A stretch of 49,391 nt of DNA. It comes from a virus (Duplodnaviria > Caudoviricetes). How positions within the stretch are numbered: position 1 is the stretch's first letter; each line of letters opens with the position of its first letter. Made by a program: the position numbers and the translations under genes. The DNA is taken from positions 1 through 49,391 of IMG/VR virus record IMGVR_UViG_3300030376_004391; one strand, given 5' to 3'. The notes beneath the pieces were generated by a model, which did not search any database, had not been told where the DNA came from, and worked only from the letters and a program-made list of their open reading frames with translations. Below, piece by piece: positions 16,683-25,933 of this stretch.

Positions 16683-17438
16683 ATGAAAACACTAAATAAA
16701 ATGAAATACCAATTCAAGAGTTGGTTCTACGCAGAAGAAGATCTAGCGAAAGCAATCAATCACTTAGGCGGAGCGGATTTCTTGAACCAAACACTGACAC
16801 CAGATCAGGAAGTTAAATACAACAAAGATGGATCAATCAAATGGAAGTACATGAGACAAAATCCTTACGCTTCATACAACAAACCAGCGCTTGATTCTTA
16901 TGACTGCCCAACCGGATATCAAGTCACTGTTGAGGTTTACGGTTCCTACGATCACAAAGCACCAATGGGAGACAGTAGAATCGGAATCACCACCGGACTT
17001 CAAGGAGTCAATGACGGATCTTTACTCCAAACCAGAATGACGAAAGAACTCACCGTAGTGATTCCAATGGAAGCACTCTCAGCCGGAACTGAGTTCAAGT
17101 TCCGTGAAGGTGAGAACCATGGTGTTGATGTTTATGTTGAACTCGGCAACGGAGACAAAGTTCTTCCGGTTGAATATGCACTCAACGTTCTCGCAGAGAC
17201 AGACAGTGACCTTGATGCGCTTCTCTCAAGCCAAGCCGATGAGAATGGTGTCATTGATACTGGTACACGTTGGACAATAGACACGGTGGAACTCGGCATC
17301 TCAATAGAAACTGGGTTCACAACCGCCAGCGGAGATTACAGATTGACACGCAGTTATGACTGCAACAAGAAATGCTGTTGGAAAGATGACCACAAGAACA
17401 TCAAAGAAGAACTCATCATTCTCGGTGACTTCTCTTAA
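16683..17438 (+). CDS. Cassette 2 hypothetical protein
   Basis: 251 aa ORF behind the R3 RBS. Confidence 0.8.
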   Translation: MKTLNKMKYQFKSWFYAEEDLAKAINHLGGADFLNQTLTPDQEVKYNKDGSIKWKYMRQNPYASYNKPALDSYDCPTGYQVTVEVYGSYDHKAPMGDSRIGITTGLQGVNDGSLLQTRMTKELTVVIPMEALSAGTEFKFREGENHGVDVYVELGNGDKVLPVEYALNVLAETDSDLDALLSSQADENGVIDTGTRWTIDTVELGISIETGFTTASGDYRLTRSYDCNKKCCWKDDHKNIKEELIILGDFS

Positions 17439-17456
17439 GCCAAAGCCCCCAGCGAT

Positions 17457-17491
17457 AGTCCCTGACTTCGGTCAGGGGCTTTCTGCTTTTT
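17457..17491 (+). terminator. Intrinsic terminator T2
   Basis: AGTCCCTGAC-TTCG-GTCAGGGGCT-TTCTGCTTTTT. Confidence 0.85.
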
Positions 17492-19505
17492 AGACCAGAG
17501 CCTTTTGAGGAAGATCTGCTTCCATTCGTTTTGCTTGACCGCCGATGGAGTAGCCACGCAACTCTCCGGACTTGACCATATTCCAAGCCCAGTCTTTCCA
17601 GATCACTCCCATGAACGGAGTGTTCGCTGGGAACTTGTACTTGGTCACGCCTTCATTGGGAACAGTCAACTCGGTTTCTATCGGGAATGGGAACGTCAGT
17701 ATCTCAACCATCTCTCCGGCTTCCTTCTCCGAGTGTTGCAAGTAGATCCGGCGGTCGCCTTTGCGAACCCATTTCCAGAGAGCCTTCTGCAACGTGTTCT
17801 CATCAGTGAACTCTTTGTGAGCGTCCTCCATGTTTGGAACGTACACCGGTCCCAGAGTGAATCGTTGCTCTGCTTGTTTGACGACTGGCAATGAGCCTTC
17901 CATCTTTTCCAGCATCGCTAGTTTCGCTTCGGAGTTTCCGAGCGTGTACGGCGGAGCGAATCCACGATCCTCCAGTTCTTCTTCAATGAGGTCATGAAGT
18001 GTCACCATGTCCGGAGTGAGCGCTTTGAGTGTGTGAACCCTGTCGTGCCATTGAATCAGTTCTTTGTCTGTCGCTGAATACACGCTGGAGTCAGAGAAAG
18101 ATTCTATCTGGCGGAGACGTGCCTCTGCTTGAGGTCGTGACTTGTAGCAACCGAACGATCTGCCAGTTGTCTTAGAGCGAACACAGAATTGTCCATCTTC
18201 CATCACGATTTCTTTCTGGGCTTTCTTTGACGGCGATGAGTAGTTGAATCCGTATCGTTCCTCATCTTCCCGATCAAGGTCAATTTCTATCATGCCCTCA
18301 TCTTCCATCATTTCTTCTCTGCGATGTTGTTCTTGATGCTCCTCCTGTATGTCCTCCTCCATTTTCGTTTGAAGTTCATGAATGAGCATCATGAGAGGAT
18401 CTAATAGATCATGGCAATGTGGTTTGTTTAATAAAGCACGATACGCCATTAGCATCAGTGTCATTGGATCATCGTCTAAGTCCTCGCCACCGTAGTCCTT
18501 GTACTCGTATCCGTATCCTTTTTCTAGCATCATTTGAGTTGCCTCCTTAAGTGTTTCTTTCTTTGCTTTGCGTTCTTCCATGATCTGGTTCCTGATTCGT
18601 TTGCTCCACGCCTTACCTTCGGTTCCTCCCCACAAAAGGTGCGCCTGAAAACCTTTGCTTGGGTAGTTGTCATCTGAGGGATCCCAGCCTCCGGCTCTTT
18701 CATCTACAGCATGGCGAGCGAAGAACGAATACATTCTGAGGACTGTGCTGGCGCTCAAGGACTTTCCGTTCACGATGTCTCTGGCTCTAGCGATACCTAC
18801 AGGAGTTCCGCCTCGTTTGCTGGGTGGTTGCTCCGATCTGAGTTTCAATCCACGCCGAGCCGAGGCGATCATGCCAGCGGTCGGTTTGTAGGTATCTTTG
18901 CTTATCTGTTTGAAGCGTGACTTCTTCGTGGATTTCGGGTGTCCCTTCGGGAGAAGATCCGTGTCGTGTGTTCCTCCTCGGAACCTTCCGTTGCGTAGAG
19001 CATACAGATATGAGTTGACTCTGGCGTATGCCCATTGATCCGGAGAACTCACTGTCGGACGTACCGATTGCGGATTGGTCCGATATGCGCCAACGCCTCG
19101 CTCAAAGACGGCGATCAGGGTTCTCAACGTTGTTCGTTTGCTGGCGGTGGAGCCAACCTTCTCATTGTGGTCCTTGACTTTGTTCTCCAACGCTGTCCGG
19201 ACTTTCTGAGATACTTGCTTCATCATCGGTTCGCTCCTGTGACGGAGCATTGAAACTTTGACCGGAACGTCACGGTCGCTTCTGGAGAACGTTCCATCTT
19301 CGTTGTTGATGAAGATGCTGACGATAGCGACAGGGGAATCCTCTGAGACTTCAATCGTTTCGGTTCCGCCTTCGCTGGTGACCACGGTTTCGGTTCCAGA
19401 GGTCACGACTCGTTTGACTTCCGCAATATAATTTCCTTTAGCAGTCCGGTAGGACACGAAATCTCCCTGCTTGACGGACTCGGCTTTGGTCAATTCCACG
19501 CTCAT
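17490..19505 (-). CDS. Multidomain protein with C-terminal XkdF-like prohead protease
   Basis: RFTLGPVYVP..EDAH.E...W..VKSGELRGYSIGG; several unknown N-terminal modules. Confidence 0.75.
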   Translation of the reverse strand: MSVELTKAESVKQGDFVSYRTAKGNYIAEVKRVVTSGTETVVTSEGGTETIEVSEDSPVAIVSIFINNEDGTFSRSDRDVPVKVSMLRHRSEPMMKQVSQKVRTALENKVKDHNEKVGSTASKRTTLRTLIAVFERGVGAYRTNPQSVRPTVSSPDQWAYARVNSYLYALRNGRFRGGTHDTDLLPKGHPKSTKKSRFKQISKDTYKPTAGMIASARRGLKLRSEQPPSKRGGTPVGIARARDIVNGKSLSASTVLRMYSFFARHAVDERAGGWDPSDDNYPSKGFQAHLLWGGTEGKAWSKRIRNQIMEERKAKKETLKEATQMMLEKGYGYEYKDYGGEDLDDDPMTLMLMAYRALLNKPHCHDLLDPLMMLIHELQTKMEEDIQEEHQEQHRREEMMEDEGMIEIDLDREDEERYGFNYSSPSKKAQKEIVMEDGQFCVRSKTTGRSFGCYKSRPQAEARLRQIESFSDSSVYSATDKELIQWHDRVHTLKALTPDMVTLHDLIEEELEDRGFAPPYTLGNSEAKLAMLEKMEGSLPVVKQAEQRFTLGPVYVPNMEDAHKEFTDENTLQKALWKWVRKGDRRIYLQHSEKEAGEMVEILTFPFPIETELTVPNEGVTKYKFPANTPFMGVIWKDWAWNMVKSGELRGYSIGGQAKRMEADLPQKALV

Positions 19506-19616
19506 TCTCCGATCCTAGTCCAAACACCGCTCAAATCGTTGTAGCGCTGAGGCGCTCTCAGGCGCTCTCTGAGCGATTGACCGGTATATCTGCCCATTTC
19601 AACCATATTTGAGCCT

Positions 19617-19835
19617 CTAGGAGCCGTTCTGAGCCGTCTCAGACGACTTTGATGGGCTGTTGGTAGGCTCTGGAGCGCTTTCGTTGACTGCTTTGCACCG
19701 TGGGCAACGCAACCTCCATGGAGCGCTGACCATTTCGGCGAGGAGTTTGCCACATTTAGCGCACCGGACTTTCGTTCTGGTAACTCTGCGAGACTCAGTG
19801 ACGATTCTTGTTTCACCATACGGATCCTGACTCAC
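19617..19835 (-). CDS. Mu Com-like zinc-finger protein
   Basis: RCAKCGKLLA......RCPRCKAVN; GTGA overlap start. Confidence 0.75.
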   Translation of the reverse strand: MSQDPYGETRIVTESRRVTRTKVRCAKCGKLLAEMVSAPWRLRCPRCKAVNESAPEPTNSPSKSSETAQNGS

Positions 19836-20236
19836 GGCGTTTTCACGATCTGGAAGTTGCACGCCATCATCATTCTGTCCTGCGAGTCACGTTCCAGAGC
19901 GAACGGTGATTGAACTGCGTTGATCCTGAAATAATGTGTTGAGGTCAACGTCTCGTTGGATACGAGTTGCAACTTGTCCCAGCAGTCCCTGATGAGTGTC
20001 TCTGCGCTGGAATAGTCTGAGGCTCGGACAATGATCTGGACTCGTGGGTTCTCAAACACTGGCGCTGAGTTGTTGCCCATGGTGTCCTCTGGGGCTTGAC
20101 CGCCGGTTTCATACAACGCCACGCAAGTATCAGGAGAATCAGGGAGCCGTCCATAGAACAGATTCGTTCCTGCTGTCAGAGAGACAGCGGTGACGTTGGT
20201 GTCTAGGTAAGCGCCGACATCAGTGAGGACCGCCAT
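19832..20236 (-). CDS. Tail terminator / minor capsid-type protein
   Basis: PDSPD..VALYETGG...PRVQIIVR; position. Confidence 0.7.
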   Translation of the reverse strand: MAVLTDVGAYLDTNVTAVSLTAGTNLFYGRLPDSPDTCVALYETGGQAPEDTMGNNSAPVFENPRVQIIVRASDYSSAETLIRDCWDKLQLVSNETLTSTHYFRINAVQSPFALERDSQDRMMMACNFQIVKTP

Positions 20237-20667
20237 CAGTATGTCCCCCCTGTCCATGTTGTGAACCCAGCCTCAGCCTCCATTCGTTCAACGAAACTCT
20301 GTGGGAAACCTTCTGTGTGTTTCAGGAACGGTTTCTCCAAGAATTTGGCTTCGCCTCCTTTGGGGTGATTGAAGTCTGTGCGCTCATGCTGAACAATCGC
20401 ATACGGAGCAGACGGTCCACCATAGGTGATTTCGGCTCGCACCGTTTTCTGAGTAAATGACTTCTGGCGAGTGATGTCCATGGACCCACGGAGAACGCCG
20501 GTGTCCACCGGAACGAGCGCCTGCGATTCGTTGCCGATATGTGTCGCCAGAGTGTACATCGCTTGACCGGCGACTTGCTTTCCGTTCAATCCAACCTTCT
20601 TCAGTTTGTTCTGGAGATCAACGAATGACTTCTGGTCAATCTTGAATGACACGCCCTTCTGAGCCAT
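20236..20667 (-). CDS. HK97 gp10-like tail-completion protein
   Basis: VPVDTGVLRGS...YAIVQHE...KFLE. Confidence 0.85.
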   Translation of the reverse strand: MAQKGVSFKIDQKSFVDLQNKLKKVGLNGKQVAGQAMYTLATHIGNESQALVPVDTGVLRGSMDITRQKSFTQKTVRAEITYGGPSAPYAIVQHERTDFNHPKGGEAKFLEKPFLKHTEGFPQSFVERMEAEAGFTTWTGGTY

Positions 20668-21044
20668 CAGCCACCTCGTTTCGCTTTGGTTCCGACATAA
20701 GCGATGACCGCCACTTGTCCATGAGTGTCTTTCTTGGTGTTGACTCGCACGATTGGTCGCACGCCAGAGATCGGCGCTGGAAGCGTGATCTGGTCGTCAA
20801 CGTTTAACGTCAATGAAGCGTCCGGAATGTAGACAATGAACTCAGTGTCAATCAGATCTTCCCGAACGTTCCTGTCGGAAGCGCTGACTCTGGTGATGAA
20901 AGCATCATATGAGGTCGCACCGCCAGAGAATGATCGCTCTCCGTAGGAGTTCATCGTGGAACTGGTTCGGATATCTACCGAATCCGGAGCCATGTTGACT
21001 TTCAGATCGGTCAGGAACACCGCCGATGGTGAAGCGCCTGTCAT
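20667..21044 (-). CDS. Head closure / stopper protein
   Basis: Position and size. Confidence 0.65.
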   Translation of the reverse strand: MTGASPSAVFLTDLKVNMAPDSVDIRTSSTMNSYGERSFSGGATSYDAFITRVSASDRNVREDLIDTEFIVYIPDASLTLNVDDQITLPAPISGVRPIVRVNTKKDTHGQVAVIAYVGTKAKRGG

Positions 21045-21532
21045 CAGGACGCTCCAAATGGACCGAAATCGGCGTACCGATCAACTGTTCCGCTCGCTCC
21101 GTCCCTGATATCTACGAACTGACCTCTCTTGAAGTAATGATCCACGAGGTCACTGTTTGCGTCATCAATCTCTTTGTCCGAGATCGTGATTCCTCCAGCG
21201 TATGGAGTCGGCGTTGAGCCTTCACGCAAAGCGAGTTTCTTGAGTTCTTCTGCCTGCTCTCTGGCTCCTTTGGCTTTCTGAGACATGCTGACACGCAAAT
21301 CACCGATTGCTTGGTCCGCTAGGCGTGAGAACTTGGAAGCGATTCCGAGGAGACAACGATATGAGGCTTCATACAAGCCATCAGTTGAGGTGGTGCTTCC
21401 GGTGACTTGACTATTGACCCAAGTGATTTCTTCGTTTGAGAGCAACTGATCGTTCGTGTCCGTATCTCCGATCAGGAAACGGATCGCATTCAAAGCACTT
21501 GAGTCTGGATCTCCTGAATAAGTCCACGTCAT
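21044..21532 (-). CDS. Head-tail adaptor protein
   Basis: IRFLIGDTD....LSNEEI motif. Confidence 0.8.
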   Translation of the reverse strand: MTWTYSGDPDSSALNAIRFLIGDTDTNDQLLSNEEITWVNSQVTGSTTSTDGLYEASYRCLLGIASKFSRLADQAIGDLRVSMSQKAKGAREQAEELKKLALREGSTPTPYAGGITISDKEIDDANSDLVDHYFKRGQFVDIRDGASGTVDRYADFGPFGAS

Positions 21533-21541
21533 GGTTTAGAC

Positions 21542-21838
21542 CTACGATGTGGAGTGGATAGAACCGGCGATTGCTCCAGAGGTGATGTCCACCCTGATTC
21601 CGTTAACTACTGCCAAACCATTTGCGAAGTTGATGTGTTCAACTCCACCTGATGCCAGTGAGATCTTTGCCAGTATCGTTCCAGAGTTCGCTGTGTTGTC
21701 ATAAATGATACAACCGGCAGTTGATCCGCCTGTCTCAGTGAATGTGCCTCCGAAGAAAACGCCTCCACCAGATAGAACTGTTTGATCGGAACCGGTCAAT
21801 GCTGTTGTTGTTGCTGTATTGTTTGGCGGACTTGCCAT
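21542..21838 (-). CDS. Small virion protein (hypothetical)
   Basis: AGGAG RBS, G/T-rich beta protein after the capsid gene. Confidence 0.65.
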   Translation of the reverse strand: MASPPNNTATTTALTGSDQTVLSGGGVFFGGTFTETGGSTAGCIIYDNTANSGTILAKISLASGGVEHINFANGLAVVNGIRVDITSGAIAGSIHSTS

Positions 21839-21864
21839 GAGTTCTCCTGTTCTGTCGTAAACGA

Positions 21865-21904
21865 TTTGAGGACCGGACCGGATAATCCGGAGCCGGTCCT
21901 CAAA
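21865..21904. terminator. Long hairpin after major capsid gene (terminator or stabiliser)
   Basis: TTTGAGGACCGG..CCGGA-TAA-TCCGG..CCGGTCCTCAAA. Confidence 0.6.
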
Positions 21905-21935
21905 CTAGGTTGATTCAATCAACTGTTATTCCATA

Positions 21936-22886
21936 TTAAGAAGCAACGCAGTTGCTGAGGAAATAACCGAGAGCAGAACTCACGACTTTGTAATCCCATG
22001 CGGATTCAATTTCCACACGAGTTGCTCGTCGCTCTGGGAGTTCAAACTGGCTGATTGCTGTGTTGGTCCCTAGTCCCCCACCGACACCACTCCAGACCAT
22101 GTTGTAGCCTGCGGAAGGCATCATGAGTCCAGCGTTTGGTGCAACGTAGCAGACAAGAGCATCACGGTCTCCGATTTGACTGTAGGAAGCAGATGCACCT
22201 TCGTCAGCGGAGTTGAATGTACTCATCATAATCAGGACACGATCAAGTCCAAACAGTCTAGCGAGAAGATCCGCTGTGACTGAATCAGATGATGTGTATT
22301 TGATCCGATCAGTGATGTCGTCGTTGTCAACAAGATTTGAGAACACTTTGTATGACATGACCATTGTGTTTGCCATGTAACCGGTGTTGCTCAAAATTGT
22401 GTTCTTGGCGGTTTCAACGTCAGCGATTGGAGTTGAAGATGAAGCGCTCCAGAGTGTGGAAGGCGTTGCATCTGTGTCCCAAACTGAAGTCGTGAAACAG
22501 TTGGTCGCCCAGTCACGTTCTTGTTTGATTAACATTTGTTGTGATAGGAAACGAGTTGCGTCAGCCATTGGATCCAGCGGAGCGTCTGCGTTTGCCATGG
22601 TCAAGTGACCGATGTCTTTATGCAGAGCATAGTTAGTTGCTGAATATGTTGCTGTGCTGAGGCTGTAACCGGTTCCAGCGGATTCCGTACCATCGGCACG
22701 AGGTAACACTTGATCTCTGAAGAAGTCTGCTTGTGAGTAGACAAAGTATTTGTCGCTCTGCTTGTTCACATTGATCGTTGGAAACACTCGTGATGACACG
22801 AAAGCGTTTTGGTCCTGCATAAACGCAACACTCATTTGAGTGAGGATTGCGTCTATATGGACATCTTGTGAAGTTGGTTGTGGCAT
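21936..22886 (-). CDS. Major capsid protein
   Basis: 316 aa; HID..LT..SVA...FP...V.KQSDKY; position after scaffold and decoration genes. Confidence 0.85.
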   Translation of the reverse strand: MPQPTSQDVHIDAILTQMSVAFMQDQNAFVSSRVFPTINVNKQSDKYFVYSQADFFRDQVLPRADGTESAGTGYSLSTATYSATNYALHKDIGHLTMANADAPLDPMADATRFLSQQMLIKQERDWATNCFTTSVWDTDATPSTLWSASSSTPIADVETAKNTILSNTGYMANTMVMSYKVFSNLVDNDDITDRIKYTSSDSVTADLLARLFGLDRVLIMMSTFNSADEGASASYSQIGDRDALVCYVAPNAGLMMPSAGYNMVWSGVGGGLGTNTAISQFELPERRATRVEIESAWDYKVVSSALGYFLSNCVAS

Positions 22887-22887
22887 A

Positions 22888-23274
22888 TTAGGCTCCTCTG
22901 CCGTTCGTTACATTGATGAACGCTGTTTGAAGTGTGCCAGATGCTCCTGCTCCGATTGCTTGACCGCAAACGTGAACAGTTGTCTCAGAACCGAGTGAGA
23001 TTGGTTGCGCCTGTCCATCTGCTGAAGTTCCGATGACATCGCCAGATGCGAGAGTCGCATCAGCGCTGACTTTGGAAACTCCGAGACAGCGAACGATTGC
23101 TTGCTCTCCGGATTCTGGGTTGTTTTGCAGAACGCCGATTGGTTTATCGGTAACTGCTCCACAAACGGTGACTTGAGTTTCTGACGATAACTTCACAAAG
23201 TAATACTGCTTCGCTGATAGGTCAGCAGAAGCGGTGAAGAAACCAATGTCAAAACCTTGTAATTCATTCGCCAT
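22888..23274 (-). CDS. Capsid decoration / cement protein
   Basis: ADLSAKQYYFVK...IGVLQN.P..GE.A.V. Confidence 0.75.
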   Translation of the reverse strand: MANELQGFDIGFFTASADLSAKQYYFVKLSSETQVTVCGAVTDKPIGVLQNNPESGEQAIVRCLGVSKVSADATLASGDVIGTSADGQAQPISLGSETTVHVCGQAIGAGASGTLQTAFINVTNGRGA

Positions 23275-23275
23275 A

Positions 23276-24007
23276 TTAGATCACCTTTTCTTCTATGTAG
23301 CGTTGATATAGGTCTGGTTGCCTTTCAGCAACAACGGTGATTGCTTTTGCAAAATTTTCTACTTCGCCGGACTCAACGAGTTGTTTGGCTGTAGTTTCAA
23401 TTTGTGCATAAGCATCTCCACCATTTGATTCAGGGGTTGCTGTTCCGAGTTCTTTCAGAATGCCAGCCTCTGATAGTGCCAGAGCGGTTGCATCTAAGAT
23501 TGATTCAATCTTTTCTGCTGACTCTGGATCAGCGGTTCTCACAGAACGTAAGACAGGAGCGAACTCTGTTGGATTCAACTCAGGAAGGATAGCCCAGCGC
23601 TGAGAAGCGTCAAACGCTTTCTCCATCTCACGTTCTTCAACGAGAGCCTCATTTGCCTTCTGAGTGATCTCCAACTCTTTTCGCACGTCTGTCAGTTCTT
23701 TGACAACTGCTGAAAGATCGGGACTGTCTACTGAAGCGAGGACAGGAGTTGCTTCAACCTCTGGTGAGGTTTCTTCAACTACTGTTTCTTCTTCGGCGAC
23801 AACACCCTCATTTTCATTTTCTTGAAGTTCCACTTTGGGTTCTCCTTCAGTTGATGTTGGATATGTCTCCTCGTCATTGAGTGAGTCAAGAGCCGTGTCC
23901 AGATCACTGGACTTCATCACGATCCAGCCTTCGTGAAGATGTGCTGGGTGGTCAACGCCACTCGCTTCCTCCACGATTAGGTCAGATAGTTTTGTTGATT
24001 TCGGCAT
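23276..24007 (-). CDS. Scaffolding protein with N-terminal protease-like strand
   Basis: Acidic coiled coil before the capsid genes; N-terminus KLSDLIVEEASGVDHPA. Confidence 0.7.
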   Translation of the reverse strand: MPKSTKLSDLIVEEASGVDHPAHLHEGWIVMKSSDLDTALDSLNDEETYPTSTEGEPKVELQENENEGVVAEEETVVEETSPEVEATPVLASVDSPDLSAVVKELTDVRKELEITQKANEALVEEREMEKAFDASQRWAILPELNPTEFAPVLRSVRTADPESAEKIESILDATALALSEAGILKELGTATPESNGGDAYAQIETTAKQLVESGEVENFAKAITVVAERQPDLYQRYIEEKVI

Positions 24008-24091
24008 GTGAAATTCTCTCTTTGACGAGTTGCCCAACATTAACGCAATCACCGACGATCTCATTGTAGGTTTGGCGAGTTTGTTGACTGG

Positions 24092-24211
24092 TCAATGTTT
24101 TGTGTTTTTTGGGGCTGTTTTTGGGTATTCAAAAATGATGTCTGACCTGCGCTTTTGTAAGTTTCTTATTTAGGTGTTGCATTGTTAGGTATTAGCACCT
24201 ATCTTGGAGGT
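24092..24211 (+). promoter_or_regulatory. Cassette promoter C3
   Basis: CAATGTTT, CTGACCTGC 24142, TTGCAT-17-TATCTT, dyad 24186-24201. Confidence 0.85.
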
Positions 24212-25483
24212 ATGGAAACAACGAAGGAAATCAACCAAATGGAAATCAACTCATATACCAAAACATGCGATCTTGAACTCGCCGTTCAAATCGCCAACAA
24301 AGCAGACCGCATCAACAAGCGTGCAGAGCGCAACGGTCTTACCGGACGCATCACAGTCACGACTGAGCCTGCTCCTTCACGCAAAGAACCAGTCCTCATC
24401 AAGATTGACAACGGATATCACAAAGAAATCATTCAGGTCAAAGACGCTGACGGAAACGACGTATTCAGAACGATTGAACGAGTTCACCTCAGCGTCGGAA
24501 TCTCAGGCGTGTTCACCATCGGTAATTTCACGCCAGTCGCTTTCGTTGAGTTCATACTCAATGAAGATGAAGAACCAGAGGCGATGATTCAATCAGTTGG
24601 AGATGTCCAAGTCCTTCGTGACGTTCACCCTTCCGACTGCGATCACTGTCACGCTCACCGCAACCGGAACTCAATCTGGGTTGTCGCTAACGAAGCCGGA
24701 GAACAATTCCATGTTGGCTCCACATGTGTTGCTGACTTCCTCGGAATTGATGCCTCTTACATCATCAAGGAATGGCAAACGATGGTCACCAATGTTGTTG
24801 ATGACTTCTCACAAGATCCAGAGGAGGACGAGAGCGGAAGATACTTCGGAGAAAGTGGAGAGTCACTCCTCACAGTTGTTCTCAAGAGCATCTACGCAAT
24901 GATGGTCCAAGGACAGTACGTCAGCGCCAAGAACGCTACAGATGAAAAGAAGTCAACCAGACAACTCGTTGAATCTGAAGGCACAGATATCCTCCACGAA
25001 CTTGAGGAAGAAGTTGACCACGAAATGATCGTCACCTTCGCAGTTGAAGCGATCAACTACTGGAAGAACATTGAAGTCACCAACGACTTTGAGCGCAACC
25101 TCAACACACTCGCTCGCAACGCTGAGAACTATGAGTCAAAGTTCGCTGGGTTCGCCTGCTACATGGCTGAGGGATTCCGCAGAGAGTTCGTCAAGTTCAT
25201 TGAAATGGCAAACAGCCAAGCAGAGCGATCAGAGATCCCTGCTGAACTCACCAACGGACAACGCCACGAGATCTCCGGAACGGTTCTCTCAGTCAAGAAC
25301 ACATTCTCATATGGCAACGAGGTCATCAAGATGAGAGTTGAAGATGACCGAGGATTCGTTGTCTGGGGAACCAACACCATGAACGCTGAAGTCGGTGACC
25401 GAGTTACCTTCACCGCCACAGTTTGCAAGTCAGACAATGATCCAACATTCGGATTCTTCAAACGACCAAAGGTGGTGTCATAA
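24212..25483 (+). CDS. Cassette 3 protein with zinc-finger-like and C-terminal OB-fold-like regions
   Basis: CDHC...VGSTC; ISGTVLSVK...VGDRVTFTATV. Confidence 0.75.
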   Translation: METTKEINQMEINSYTKTCDLELAVQIANKADRINKRAERNGLTGRITVTTEPAPSRKEPVLIKIDNGYHKEIIQVKDADGNDVFRTIERVHLSVGISGVFTIGNFTPVAFVEFILNEDEEPEAMIQSVGDVQVLRDVHPSDCDHCHAHRNRNSIWVVANEAGEQFHVGSTCVADFLGIDASYIIKEWQTMVTNVVDDFSQDPEEDESGRYFGESGESLLTVVLKSIYAMMVQGQYVSAKNATDEKKSTRQLVESEGTDILHELEEEVDHEMIVTFAVEAINYWKNIEVTNDFERNLNTLARNAENYESKFAGFACYMAEGFRREFVKFIEMANSQAERSEIPAELTNGQRHEISGTVLSVKNTFSYGNEVIKMRVEDDRGFVVWGTNTMNAEVGDRVTFTATVCKSDNDPTFGFFKRPKVVS

Positions 25484-25540
25484 TGAATCGCCACGCCAGA
25501 CTCTGGAACGTCATCTATGATGGCAGGAGGAGGTCATAAA

Positions 25541-25933
25541 ATGATCTGGACAGGGTTCTTCCTATTAGGAGGACAACGAGCAAAATTCAGAATGGAGTTC
25601 AACCCGAACAAGAATGAATGGGTTGAGTTCCCTGACTGGCTTCGTTCTGCGCTAGAGGATTACATTGAACAGAACCCTCAAACGTTCCGGACGATGGTGA
25701 TTCCTCCGAGAATAATTACGCCCAGTTTAGAAACGCCATTCATTGATGTGGAGTCACTTGATGACAGGGAAGATTTGAAAGAGGCTGGCGATTTGGTGCT
25801 GGTTGCTGGAATGGGAAACATGAGCAACCTTGTTGAGACAATGCTGTGGCTGGAATCTCAGGGAGTCATCGGTGTCACTAGAGTTGAACAGATTGTTGAA
25901 CCAGCAGATGAGAACATGCAGATCATTTTCTAA
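25541..25933 (+). CDS. Hypothetical acidic protein
   Basis: AGGAGG RBS before ATG 25541; stop overlaps the MuF gene stop. Confidence 0.65.
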   Translation: MIWTGFFLLGGQRAKFRMEFNPNKNEWVEFPDWLRSALEDYIEQNPQTFRTMVIPPRIITPSLETPFIDVESLDDREDLKEAGDLVLVAGMGNMSNLVETMLWLESQGVIGVTRVEQIVEPADENMQIIF

